64,000 nucleotides of DNA from Eledone cirrhosa (Eukaryota). Below the pieces are notes generated by a model. It searched no databases. It was not told the DNA's origin and was given only the letters and a program-made list of their open reading frames with translations. The position numbers and the translations under genes are program-made. The stretch is from assembly GCA_964016885.1 (NCBI GenBank), contig OZ024743.1:78430001-78494000 (forward strand), given 5' to 3'. Positions 12,600 to 24,403 of this stretch are shown one piece after another (the stretch's first letter is position 1; every line of letters begins with the position of its first letter).

Positions 12600-13560
12600 A
12601 ATGGGGAAAAATGGTAAATAATGACATAAATGGGACCTGTCCCTTGTATAGGAGCAAATTTTGGAATAGAATAGAAAGAACTAGGAATAAGGTTAATAGA
12701 ATAAACTCATGGTATGATAGCAATAAATACCAGAGTGTAATGTTCATCGATACAACCCCTAGAGGTGAATTTTACAAATTTAGAAGGGCCCTAGATAAAC
12801 ATAAACTCAATATTAAGATAGTAGAAAGACCAGGTACCTCCATAAAAACACTTATTAGCAATACATACCCTTTTCAAAGACCTCCCTGTATAGATAAGAA
12901 ATGTATAATCTGTAAATTAAGCCCTCATATTAACTGTAAAACTAGAAATGTAGTATATAGCATAAGATGTACTGAAGGACAATGTAGAGATAAGAATATA
13001 GTGTACATAGGTGAGACAGCTCGTAGTATAGGGGAACGGATAAATGAACACTGGCGAGACCTTCATGATAGTAAAGAATCATCTGTACTCTACCAACATG
13101 CTAAAATAGAACATAAGGGTAAATTAGAGAACATAGAAATAAAAATAGAATCTACACACAGAAAAGACGCAATGTTTAGACAAATCACAGAGGCAATAAA
13201 CATAAATGAACTCCAACCAAAATTAAATAGAAAACATGAATGGAACAGCAAAATCACCACTTACAATTAAGGACAAAATGAAAACACACACGCACATAGA
13301 ACAAACAACCAACCAGTAAAATGTAAATAAACAAATAAATAAACAAATATAAACACACACAGACACCCGGATGTAACACATGCGCAAACTAAGCACACAA
13401 CACACACAAAAACAAGATGGCGTAGGACAGAACAAAGAAGAGGCACAAAAAACAAAGAAAAGAATCCCCAGTCACTGAAGAGGTCACAGAATGTGTTACG
13501 AAAGAACTTTGACAATATCTAAACAATCATCTGGTTGTGGAACCAACCAACCAACCGGAA
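12600..13560 (+). mobile_element. Second PLE 3' fragment (probably Naiad-like): GIY-YIG, 3' UTR and hammerhead
   Basis: PLYRSKFWNRIER, VMFIDTTPRGE, CxxxxCxxC, VVYSIRC..YIGETARSIGERINEH, RQITEA..PKLNRKHEW; stop at 13270. Confidence 0.85.
13471..13513 (+). ncRNA. Minimal type I hammerhead ribozyme
   Basis: gtca-CTGAAGA-imperfect stem II (caca/tgtg)-GAAA-gaac-TT-tgac. Confidence 0.65.
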
Positions 13561-13720
13561 ATTTATAAATTCCTAAATTTATAAAATTATAATAAATTGA
13601 AGTGAAAGCAACTGGTGCGTGTGTTTCTTATTGGCAACATGACCCTCCCAAAGTATAACAATATCGGTTTCAACACACATTTTCAGATAAAGAATCTTGC
13701 TAAACAAATTCAGAAACGAA

Positions 13721-13804
<84 letters not shown>

Positions 13805-13808
13805 TATA

Positions 13809-13904
13809 TATTTCATTAATATGGTTTTCGTAACATAATTTTAAAAATGGTTCTTACGTAAAATTGTTGAAAAATTTTAATTTATCTAGGAACATTTTAA
13901 AGTG
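13809..13904. repeat. ~96-bp inverted repeat arm pairing with 17969-18064
   Basis: Reverse-complement match with a few differences. Confidence 0.85.
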
Positions 13905-14213
13905 ATCATTTCTTAGGACGGCTTGTATATGTGAAGGTATGTATATTTCCTCTGATAATTTGTAATATTTTTACATAGATCTATATGATATACATACCAA
14001 CACACATATACATCTTAGAAACGATCGTAAAATGATGAATTTTTTAATATAAGGAACTTGTTCTTTGTTTTTATTTCATTGTTTTTATTAATTTATCTTG
14101 ACTCTGTTTTCCTATGATTTTTATCGAACATTTTTGAATGCATCTTCTCTTTTCATGATATTTGGATTACATTGAGTTCTTCATACGGATTGGACACTAC
14201 CGTATATTTTGGT

Positions 14214-14268
<55 letters not shown>

Positions 14269-14270
14269 TG

Positions 14271-14321
14271 AGATTCTACAGGACTAGAACTGTTTCATTC
14301 TTTAGAAATCATCAGGAATCT
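14271..14321 (-). ncRNA. Type I hammerhead ribozyme (inverted twin of 17423-17473)
   Basis: agattc-CTGATGA-tttctaaagaat-GAAA-cag..ctg-TA-gaatct. Confidence 0.85.
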
Positions 14322-14449
14322 GGCTTTCCAAAATAAATGTTGTGGTATTTATATCTTTTCAGGTTGTAGGAGAGGGTGGGGAGTGGGATGGGTGGAGGTC
14401 ATTGGTTGAAAGAAAAGGGAATTCATTAAAAGATAATTTTTTAAGGCTG

Positions 14450-15378
14450 TAATTTTTACAAGTGTGTAACCACACATAGCTAGGTAGGTAACTAAATAAA
14501 GTTGACAAGAACTTCAAAAATAGATACCTTATAATATGATTAATCTTCCCCATTATAAGATATCTATTTTTGAAGTTCTGGTCAACTTTATTTAGTTACC
14601 TACCTAGCTATGTGTGGTTACACACTTGTAAAAATTATCTCCTGTGTTTATTCATGTTTATTTATATGTTAATCAATTTCTAGTTATAAAATGCTCGGAC
14701 CTACTCGTTAGAATCTTCGAGCTTAATTTGCGGGTGATATGGTACATGTCTTTCTGGCATGACACCCATAATTTTGATTTAGATTAAATTCATTTGATTT
14801 ATCTTAATTTTGGATATAGATATATAAATACGGTTCCTTAATTGTAGAGCTAACTCTGTTGAAAGGACTCGACTGCTGTTTCTAGTTGTCGATAACCCTA
14901 TTCACGCCACTGGGACGAAGCTAGTATGATGTATGTATTTCTAGTAGATATAGCACGTGTTGCTGGCCAGTCGCTGATTTGAACTTGAAGTGTAAACACG
15001 GATCGCTGGAACTCCTTCCTTGTTGAAAATCCAAGTATCCACTTCCGTGGTTTACCATCCGATTAATTGGTGAAATATATTTCTTTAATGGAATATATAC
15101 AGGGAAGATTAATCATATTATAAGGTATCTACTTTTGAAGTTCTGGTCAACTTTATTTAGTTACCTACCTAGCTATGTGTGGTTACACACTTGTAAAAAT
15201 TATCTCCTGTGATTATTCATGTTTATTTATATGTTAATCAATTTCTAGTTATTATAAAATGCTCGGACCTACTCGTTAGAATCTTAGAGCTTATTTTGCG
15301 GGTGATATGGCGCATGTCTTTCTGGCATGACACCCATCTTTTTGATTTAGATTAAATTCATTTGATTTATCTTAGTTT

Positions 15379-15380
<2 letters not shown>
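14450..15380. repeat. Inverted plus direct repeat module (pLTR-like geometry)
   Basis: 14450-14534 pairs with 14553-14637; 14553-14812 is repeated directly at ~15118-15380. Confidence 0.85.
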
Positions 15381-15472
<92 letters not shown>

Positions 15473-15548
15473 AATGAGCGGAGCAAGCAATTATCAAACA
15501 ATCTTTTAAATAAATTAAAAAACGATTTCAATATTCACCTGCTCTATT

Positions 15549-15628
15549 GCGGTTACCGACGGTTTCACTAATCCAAAGATTGGAAATCCAGAGAATTTCC
15601 AATGGAAAGAATTAGATCTTCAGACAGC
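15549..15628 (-). ncRNA. Type I hammerhead ribozyme with long stem II
   Basis: gctgt-CTGAAGA-~50 nt hairpin-GAAA-ccgtcgg-TA-accgc (one stem I mismatch). Confidence 0.75.
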
Positions 15629-15897
15629 TTATTTCCATACCATAAGGGTGCAAATCTCATAGTAAGTCAATATTTCGCTTCCTGCCCGATGCATGCGGTC
15701 AAGCCGTTAAAGTGACACACACGCAAAATTAGGCCACAAGTAAAAGCTGGTTATTATAAACTTGTTGATCATGCCACTAAAAATAGCAGCGCGATACAAC
15801 GTTTTGTTCTCTACATAAGGAGGAAAATCATAAAAGGGTATGGATATTCCAACAGGCACTAGGTTCCTATAGAAATCACACACACATACATATATAC

Positions 15898-15970
<73 letters not shown>

Positions 15971-16096
15971 AAGTTTTATTTAAATTGTTGGGTTACAACG
16001 AGTAAATATTTATAACTGATATAAAAGCACTCAACAAGTATTTGGAGTATATTTACGATATTAAATAAATGGAAACTATATTTATAAAACCATATT

Positions 16097-16162
16097 TATT
16101 TCATTATATATATTTCAGGGATATCATATTAAAAATATGGTATGCCTTCTTCAGACAAAATA
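16097..16162 (-). ncRNA. Type I hammerhead ribozyme
   Basis: tattttgt-CTGAAGA-agg..cct-GAAA-tatata-TA-atgaaata. Confidence 0.75.
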
Positions 16163-16287
16163 CAATATAAACAGTCTTATAAATAGATAGATTTGACATA
16201 CCTTACAACTTCAACTTCCATTTAAAAAGTTGATTTGAATATATATATATATACATATATATATATTCATATACATATATATATACA

Positions 16288-17120
16288 CACACTTCGACCA
16301 GGTTTGATGGTCTTTATTCTCTCTCGTCCACGATTTCACAGAACTTATGTTCATCGATTTCAGGGACTTGACTCCTTCTTCCTCACCTTTCGTTGCATTA
16401 CCATCTTTGTTTGTTTACTGTCTCGTTCGTACCCCTATTTACGTGTCCCAACGACTTTCTTTAACCGTTGCTCGCACCAACCAGAGGTATATGGTCTTTA
16501 AAGCAATGAAATACCAATGAAGGCTGGAAGATCACTGATGAAGGACTAAATTTATTCATATGTAACCCATTTGCAACCACGCAGCACGCCATGTTTTCAT
16601 ATTTTTCATATATATTTCCTCCATTGTGACCCGTCTGTTTCTTTCTTACTGCTTCCCCTTTTCTCTGTATCTCTCACTTCCTTTTACCCCCTCTACCAGT
16701 CACTCTCTCTGTTAGCCTCTTCCTCACACTTTCACTCACTCACTCTCTGCTATTCCCTCTCCTACTTCCTCCCGTTTCACCTGTGCAAGATTCTTTCCTC
16801 ACTCACACTTCGACCAGGTCGGATGGTCTTTATTCTCTCTCGTCCACGATTTCACAGAACTTATGTTCATCGATTTCAGGGACTAGACTCCTTCTTCCTC
16901 ACTTTTCTTTGCATTACCATCTTTGTTTGTTTACTGTTTCGCTCGTTCTCCCTATTTACGTGTCCCAACGACTTTCTTTAACCGTTGTTCGCACCAACCA
17001 GAGGTATATGGTCTTTAAAGCGATGAAATACCAATGAAGACTGGAAGATCACTGATGAAGGACTAAATTTATTCATATGTAACCCATATCCAACCACGCA
17101 GCACGTCATGTTTTCATATT

Positions 17121-17132
<12 letters not shown>
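16288..17132 (+). repeat. ~330-bp direct repeat pair (16288-16615, 16804-17132) around a pyrimidine-rich spacer; pLTR-like
   Basis: Near-identical copies 516 bp apart, each with gatcaCTGATGAaggact; flanked by (TA)n. Confidence 0.85.
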
Positions 17133-17161
<29 letters not shown>

Positions 17162-17323
17162 CACATACACACATATATATATATACATGTACATATATAT
17201 ACACACATTATACACACATATACATATATATATACACACACATATATATATATATAGACACACATATATATATATAAACACATATATATATACACACATA
17301 CGCACATATATACATACATATAT

Positions 17324-17400
<77 letters not shown>

Positions 17401-17422
17401 ACAACATTTATTTTGGAAACCC

Positions 17423-17473
17423 AGATTCCTGATGATTTCTAAAGAATGAAACAGTTCTAGTCCTGTAGAATCT
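17423..17473 (+). ncRNA. Type I hammerhead ribozyme, predicted GUA cleavage after 17467
   Basis: Perfect 6-bp stem I, CTGATGA 17429-17435, GAAA 17448-17451, stem III Acag/ctgT. Confidence 0.85.
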
Positions 17474-17655
17474 CATCTATATTAAAACTTTTATACTCTG
17501 CTATGTATTGAGTACCTTACTTACTGTGGTTACCTCCGATTCAACCCGGAATAACTTACTATATATATATATATAACGAAGGAAATGTGGTAAGGAACCA
17601 GGTGGACCATAACGCACCAAAGTACTCAATACTTAGGGTAGTAGAGTGGGTAATC

Positions 17656-17762
17656 GGAACGAGTAGGACCCCGACGGCTGAGCTCAAGCCGTTTCGACGG
17701 CTAATTCTGGACGAATTAGCCGTCGAAACGGCTTGAGCTCAGCCGTCGGGGTCCTACTCGTT

Positions 17763-17764
<2 letters not shown>
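17656..17764. repeat. Perfect 52-bp-arm palindrome built from a hammerhead 3' half
   Basis: Arms 17656-17707 and 17713-17764 are exact reverse complements; each reads GAAACGGC-ttgagctca-GCCGTC. Confidence 0.9.
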
Positions 17765-17851
<87 letters not shown>

Positions 17852-18162
17852 TGTATATATATATATACTGCAATGTAGTGCAGCTGTAATAAGGAATATG
17901 TATTTTATTCTCGCAAGCCTCTTGATTCCGTCCTCGCCAAGACTGTCTGTTGTTTTAAGTAACAAAACCACTTTAAAATGTTCCTAGATAAATTAAAATT
18001 TTTCAACAATTTTACGTAAGAACCATTTTTAAAGTTATGTTACGAAAACCATATTAATGAAATAATTAATATCTTTTGTGAATCGCTGCAAATTTTTCAT
18101 TAATTCACCTGGAATATATTTCATTAAAAATAATATAGTTGATATACATAGACCCTGAGCAA

Positions 18163-18222
18163 GATGGTTGGATAACATACTTGATGTTTGGATAACATAC
18201 TTGATGGTTGGATAACATACTT
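18163..18222. repeat. 20-bp tandem repeat, 3 copies
   Basis: gatggttggataacatactt units. Confidence 0.85.
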
Positions 18223-19230
18223 GGTTGGTCACACTTGGGGATCCAGCCGGATCAATTGGAGACGGTTGCTTCTGACAGGATCCTCTGGAAGGTGTGTTAC
18301 AGGATTCTGCCTCCACGACCCTCTCAGGATTAAGCAGGAAAAGAAGAACATACGCAGTATCTTTCTATTAAGTTATGTAACAAAAACCATCTTAATGAAA
18401 TAAGTGATATATTTAGTAATTCTTCATTAATTAATTCCAAACTAAGATACTTCATGAGAAATACACTAATGAAGGAAGTTGATTACATATAGAAAATGAA
18501 TGATAGATTATTAAGGAAAACAACTGTATTGCTGTTTATTTTAACGAAAGGAATACAATTTATTGAGTTCATATATCTTATTAATTAGATGAATGAAATT
18601 AATTAGCTAAATTATTGCTAATCTTTAAAGTGTTATAATCTCCTTTGATAGATTCCATTAAATCTGTTTCACTACTGTTGTGTAGTTGTGGATTGTTGCC
18701 AAGTGTTGTTACAAGCTTTACTGTGATGGAGGGAATATATTGCACCATACTTTATATTACTACATGTCTATATTACACTAGTTCTTATATAACGTCAGTG
18801 TCATGTTGACCATGATGATGATGATGATGATGAGGAGGAGGAGGATGAGGGGGATGCTACCACCATCGACATAATCATCGTCGTCGTCAGCATCGCTACC
18901 TCCACCATCACCATCATCATCAACATCAACATTACCATCATCATCATCCTAGTCGTCGTTACCATCGTCACCAGCACAAAACATTAAACTCTTAATATTA
19001 GGGATGAAACATGTAAATTAAGATATAGTTAGCAGTGTTTGGTTTTATTTTCCAAATTATTTCCTACTCCACGTGAATTCATAAACGTTCATTTGATACC
19101 TTTGTATGAAATATTTTGTCGCCTGTAGTACAGTTTATTGTGATAAATCTCGTGTTTTTTAGCTTTGTAACTTCTTCACCTACAATTATCTGTTTTCATA
19201 TTTGAAAACGTATTAATTTATACTATACTA

Positions 19231-19306
<76 letters not shown>

Positions 19307-19357
19307 AAAAGAAATAAAAAATGCAACTGGGGTCTTTTTAGGAATATCTATTTATTT

Positions 19358-19395
19358 CCTTTACCGGTTTCACAGTTCTTATGCTTTTCAAAAGG
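19358..19395 (-). ncRNA. Minimal type I hammerhead, U3-A8 core variant
   Basis: cctt-TTGAAAA-gcataagaactgt-GAAA-ccgg-TA-aagg. Confidence 0.75.
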
Positions 19396-19403
19396 GGAAT
19401 TAT

Positions 19404-19660
19404 AGTTATATTGGTGCTACTTCTTCTAAATTTAAAGAAAGGTGGAACAGCCATCACCACTCGTTTAAAAGAAAAGATAAAAGATTTAGCACGCCTCTCT
19501 CTGAATTTATTTGGTCGCTTAAAAATAATAATATTGAATATTCCCTTTCTTGGCAGAAACTTTCTAGTGCTTTGCTTTATGAAAATATATCTATATCTAA
19601 GGAATGTGACCTCTGTACCACAGAGATTCTCCACATCATTCAAAATAGGCAATTAATTGT
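19404..19660 (+). mobile_element. PLE GIY-YIG fragment (not in the ORF track frame) with an inverted pLTR at its 5' side
   Basis: Manual translation: SYIGATSSKFKERWNSHHHSF..STPLSEFIWSLK..W..ECDLCTTEILHII. Confidence 0.85.
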
Positions 19661-20788
19661 ATATATATATATATATATATACATAAATGCTCGGAAATCT
19701 TCTATTTTTGTATTCATAAGTTTAGCAGAACGTTTCATAAGATATTTAATTAAATTTTAAATAAAATTTAATAGACTATTAAATAAATAATATAAAACTT
19801 TCTTTATATATAGTTTTTCTGCTTTTTTTGTTTATTTATAAGCTAAATAAAACAAATAATTATTATAAAATTTTTTCATCATAACTTTTACATCTATTTT
19901 AACTTTAATTAGTATTTAAACGAATTAATTTTAATACAAATTGACATATTAGTCTATAATACATGCATTTTTCGTTCTAAATAATTAGGCCAGAACAAAT
20001 AAATCTTTTCTTTTGAACCAATATATTAATCCCATTTAATGATAACCTAGCCTGTTAAAAGTTAACAAATTGTTAGATATTGTTTCCACTTGTTTATTGA
20101 ATGAAAATAACATTACAAATGCGTAAATAACATTATAAATATAACAAATATGTTTTAAATATATACATAAATAACATTACACATGCTTAGAAAACATTAT
20201 AAATTGCTCGCGATTCTTTCAGAAGGATATATTCTTTTAATGTTGCAATATTAAAGAAAATGTAAAGGAAGGGGTGAACAGCCGAGCCAACACCAGAGCA
20301 AAAGACAGCAACGTCGCGAGGAATACTGGACAACCTCTCTAATGATATTTGAGGCAAGCCTGCACACTCGCAGTGTTACCTCGGGTGATGGTGAGGCTAA
20401 TGCACTAGAACAACCAAGCGCCCTCGCGAGATTCGTCAGTTACCTCTATTAGGCGAGCCGACAATGAAGAGAGGAGCCTCGCAGTCAGCCGCCCGACTTC
20501 CCCAAACGTCTCGAAAGCCACATAATGAAAATACTGGCCGACACATCACAGTATTTGAGGGTCTTACTCCGCTCGGCTGCGGAAGATGTGGCTCTCGTCC
20601 TAACCGCAGCATCCAGGATGTGGGAAAAAACAAAAAGTCACTAACAGTGACGTCCCAGAGAAGACACCTGCCACTCTAATAATATTTACTAAATAAAATT
20701 GTTTACTTAAATTACGATAAATTGTCTACGAAATTTATAATTTCTTCATTTTTCTTTATTATATAGTTACATTATTAATTTGCATCTT

Positions 20789-20961
20789 GGATTGGCAGTA
20801 TCGGTAGAGGGTCGGACGCCATGCTTTCCAGCATAGTTACGTCCCTTTACGAGTTCAAATCCCGCCGAGGTTAACTTTGCCTTTCATCCTTACGGGGTCG
20901 ATAAAATAAAGTACCAGTAATGTACTGGTAATTTGCTGGCCTTGTGCCTAAAGTAGAAACA
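20789..20961 (+). mobile_element. Young SINE with 18-bp target site duplication
   Basis: attattaatttgcatctt at 20771-20788 and 20962-20979. Confidence 0.9.
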
Positions 20962-21336
20962 ATTATTAATTTGCATCTTCGAATATATATTTTTTAGTAT
21001 AGTATCTAATTTAATCTAACTTAAGTTATAAATAAATAGACGAACGGTCAATATTTGTTTTTGTTTTGATTTTTCAACCAATCCGGTATCATCATAATCT
21101 CGCCAGTTTGTAAACGTCAAAACCAACTGTAATATTTCTCCCACTCATATAATACCTTCTGTGTTGAGGATTTTATATCTCATATGCTTGTTGACTACAG
21201 ATCTGAACAGCTCGTCTGACCGCCTGCATATCAAATGACTACTACATCTCCAGTGAACATATTTTGGTTTGTGCTATACACAAGCCTTGCATCTTTGAAA
21301 TACCTATAATAAAATAAATGGTCAAAAGTAACTATC

Positions 21337-21409
21337 GCCTCTGTGGCCCAATGGATAAGGCACCGGCCTCCTAAGCCGGGGATTGCGGGTTCGAGTCCCG
21401 TCAGAGGTA
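21337..21409 (+). tRNA. tRNA-Arg(CCT): tRNA-Arg, anticodon CCT
   Basis: 73 nt; acceptor GCCTCTG/CAGAGGT, anticodon arm ccggc-CTCCTAA-gccgg, T arm gcggg-TTCGAGT-cccgt; T5 run just downstream. Confidence 0.95.
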
Positions 21410-21514
21410 TATAAATTTTTGTTATTTACTGGGTGGGCTATTGAGCCACTATTTTTTTCAGTGACTTTGTGGGCGTAGCATAATCGAATCGCTAAGAATT
21501 TCGTATTGTAAATG

Positions 21515-21692
21515 GGTAGAGGGTCGGACGCCATGCTTTGCAGCAAAAGAGTTACGGCCCTTTATGGTCTGAGTTCAAAAGCCGCCGAGGTTAACTTTGC
21601 CTTTCATCCTTACGGAGTCGATAAAATAAAGTACCAGTAATACACTGGTTAATTTCTGGCCTTGTGCCAAAAGTAGAAACAATTATTATTAT
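21515..21692 (+). mobile_element. SINE, same subfamily as 20789 and 50663
   Basis: ggtagagggtcggacgccatg..gagttcaaa..gtcgataaaataaagtaccag..agaaacaattattatt. Confidence 0.85.
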
Positions 21693-21875
21693 AATAAAAC
21701 TAAGGTTAAACATATACCGTTGAGTGCTTGAAATTTTTTATATATGAGTCAGCTGATCATTAATCAACTAACTCTTTTGCATTGAACAAATATATATATA
21801 TATATATGTTTATATATATATATATATATACGTGTGTGTTTATTATATATATATATATGTTTATATATGTTGTGT

Positions 21876-21941
<66 letters not shown>

Positions 21942-22073
21942 GTGAGGTTTTTTTTTACAAAATGAAAAATAACCGAGGTGTCCTACACGAGTGAAAGTAT
22001 AAAGAAAAAGAGATGAAATCGAAAATGCAACTGGAGTCATATTTTTTTTAAAAATATATATATTTATTTAGTT

Positions 22074-22111
22074 CCTTTACCGGTTTCGCAGTTCTTCTGC
22101 TTTTCAAAAGG
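22074..22111 (-). ncRNA. Minimal type I hammerhead, U3-A8 core variant
   Basis: cctt-TTGAAAA-gcag-aagaa-ctgc-GAAA-ccgg-TA-aagg. Confidence 0.8.
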
Positions 22112-24403
22112 TGAGTTGAGATGGAGGGTCTGTGCTTTTTCTCACATCTGGTTGGTCTCTGAATGTTACTTGTTTTATATGGAAAAAGTGGCTCGAAATG
22201 CCAGGTTTTTCGAGAAGTAATTTGATTGGTTTGTCAATAATTATAATAAATTTCGCGCCAGTTCGCGTTACAATAGTTCTTCAAATAAGAGAGGGGGGGG
22301 GGGTGTCACAGGTTGTTTTTTCATATATGAGTGTTTGAATTTCTTTTTACTTGAAAAAAGGAGGCTCACGAAGGCTTTTTTTTGGTTGGTTATAAATGAA
22401 ATTTGGCTGTCACGTGAACAAGTTTTCATTACATTTTTGCGCCCTTATTTGGAAAACTATTCTGTAGTCTTTATAGTGAATGTTATGACAATGGAGAGAT
22501 AGTGGTCAAGAGAAAAGTGATTGGGAGAAATGTTCTGGTTCAGTGAATATGGCCAGCTCGCCGGGGTGTCAGAGTTCAGATTTTCTATTGAAGTGAAGAT
22601 ATGTATGTTTATTTGTGTGCTTGTGTGTGTGTGTGTATGTGTGTATTGGAAGATGATTCTATTAGTAGAGATGGGGGAGGGAGTTGTGTGTGTGTGTATA
22701 TGGGTGTTATGTGTGTGTGTGCGAGTATGTTAAGATGGAGAGAATATATATTTTGTGTGTGTGTATATATATATGTGTGTAGGAAAGTGGTTCTATTAGT
22801 AGAAATGGGGAGGGAGTTGTAGGTGTGGGGGTTGTTATGTGTGTGTATGGGTGTTATGTGTGTGGGAGTATGGTTAGCATGTTAAGATGAAGAGAATATA
22901 TATATATATATATTGTGTGTGTGTGTGTGTGTGTAGGAAAGTGATTCCTTTAGTAGGAATATTTTTGAATGAACATATTTTCCTTACTTTTTCGTGTTTG
23001 CTGTTGTATTGCCAGTGCAATCGTATGTTAAGGTTTATTTAGTTCGGGTTTTTATTTTCTAAAGTAGAAGGTGTTATGTGTGTGTGTGTGTATGTCATAT
23101 TGTGGTGTTGACATAATGTATATTAAACCTTATTTAATGTTGGTCTATATTTTTGAATAAACATATTTTCCTTATTTATTCGCATTTGTTCTGTTGTATT
23201 GTTAGCGCAAAGGTAAAATGGGAAGACTTGGAATTTGGGTGTCTTACTACTTGCGCAAATGTCTAGATGTGCACTTAGTGGTATCTGTCTCGTGGTTGGA
23301 TCTCGTAATTGTTGGCGATGAACTGTCATTCTGTTTCTGAGTGTGAATTTAGTTTGTCCTATATAATCTTCATTTCATCCTTTAAATTTAATGGCATAAA
23401 GTAGATTTTTTGATGAGCAAGTGAAGTGATTTTTTTACAGTAAAATTTTGTCCTGATTTAAATGTATACGTGTTGCCTTCAATGAGGTGAGTGCAGGTTC
23501 CACAATTAGAGCAACCACATTTTTTGATACTTGGTTGTGGGTTTGTGGTAGGTAATTTGGCATTGGTGAGTAATGTTTTCAGTGATTTTGGTTGTCTTTT
23601 GCTTTTGATTATTTTGTGTGTTTCAAGGGCTTTTTTCATTCTTGGGTTTTGTTTTAGTAGTGGGATGTTATTGTGAATAGTGTTGTAAGCTTCCGCATTT
23701 CTTGGGTTGTGTGTTGAGATATATGATAGAATATTGGACGTACCTTGAATTTGTTTCTGTTTCCGTAATTCATCAATGCCTATTGCTTTAGCCCTTTCTA
23801 TTCCATTATTTATTAGTAATAGTGGGTACTCTCTCTCGAGTAGAATTTCCTTTAATTCTTGAAGTCTTTTATTTCGCGTTTCATAATTGGAGACAATTGT
23901 GCAAATTCTTCTTGCTAGGTTAAAAGGAATGTTCGTCTTCGTGTGCTTTGGATGGTTGGAGGTGAATAGCAGATATTGTTTGGAATCTGTTGGTTTGTAG
24001 TGTATGTCAGTTTCGATATTTGTGTCATTTTTTGTGATTAAGATGTCCAGAAATGGGAGTTGATCTTGGCTGTATTCCAAAAATGTAATGAAAACTTGTT
24101 CACGTGACAGCCAAATTTCATTTATAACGAACCAAAAAAAAAGCCTTCGTGAGCCTCCTTTTTTCAAGTAAAAAGAAATTCAAACACTCATATATGAAAA
24201 AACAACCTGTGACAACCCCCCCTCTCTTATTTAAAGAACTATTGTAACGCGAACTTGCGCGAAATTTATTATAATTATTGACAAACCAATCAAATTACTT
24301 CTCGAAAAACCTGGCATTTCGAGCCACTTTTTCCATATAAAACAAGTATCATTCAGAGAACAACCAGATGTGAGAAAAAGCACAGACCCTCCATCTCAAC
24401 TCA

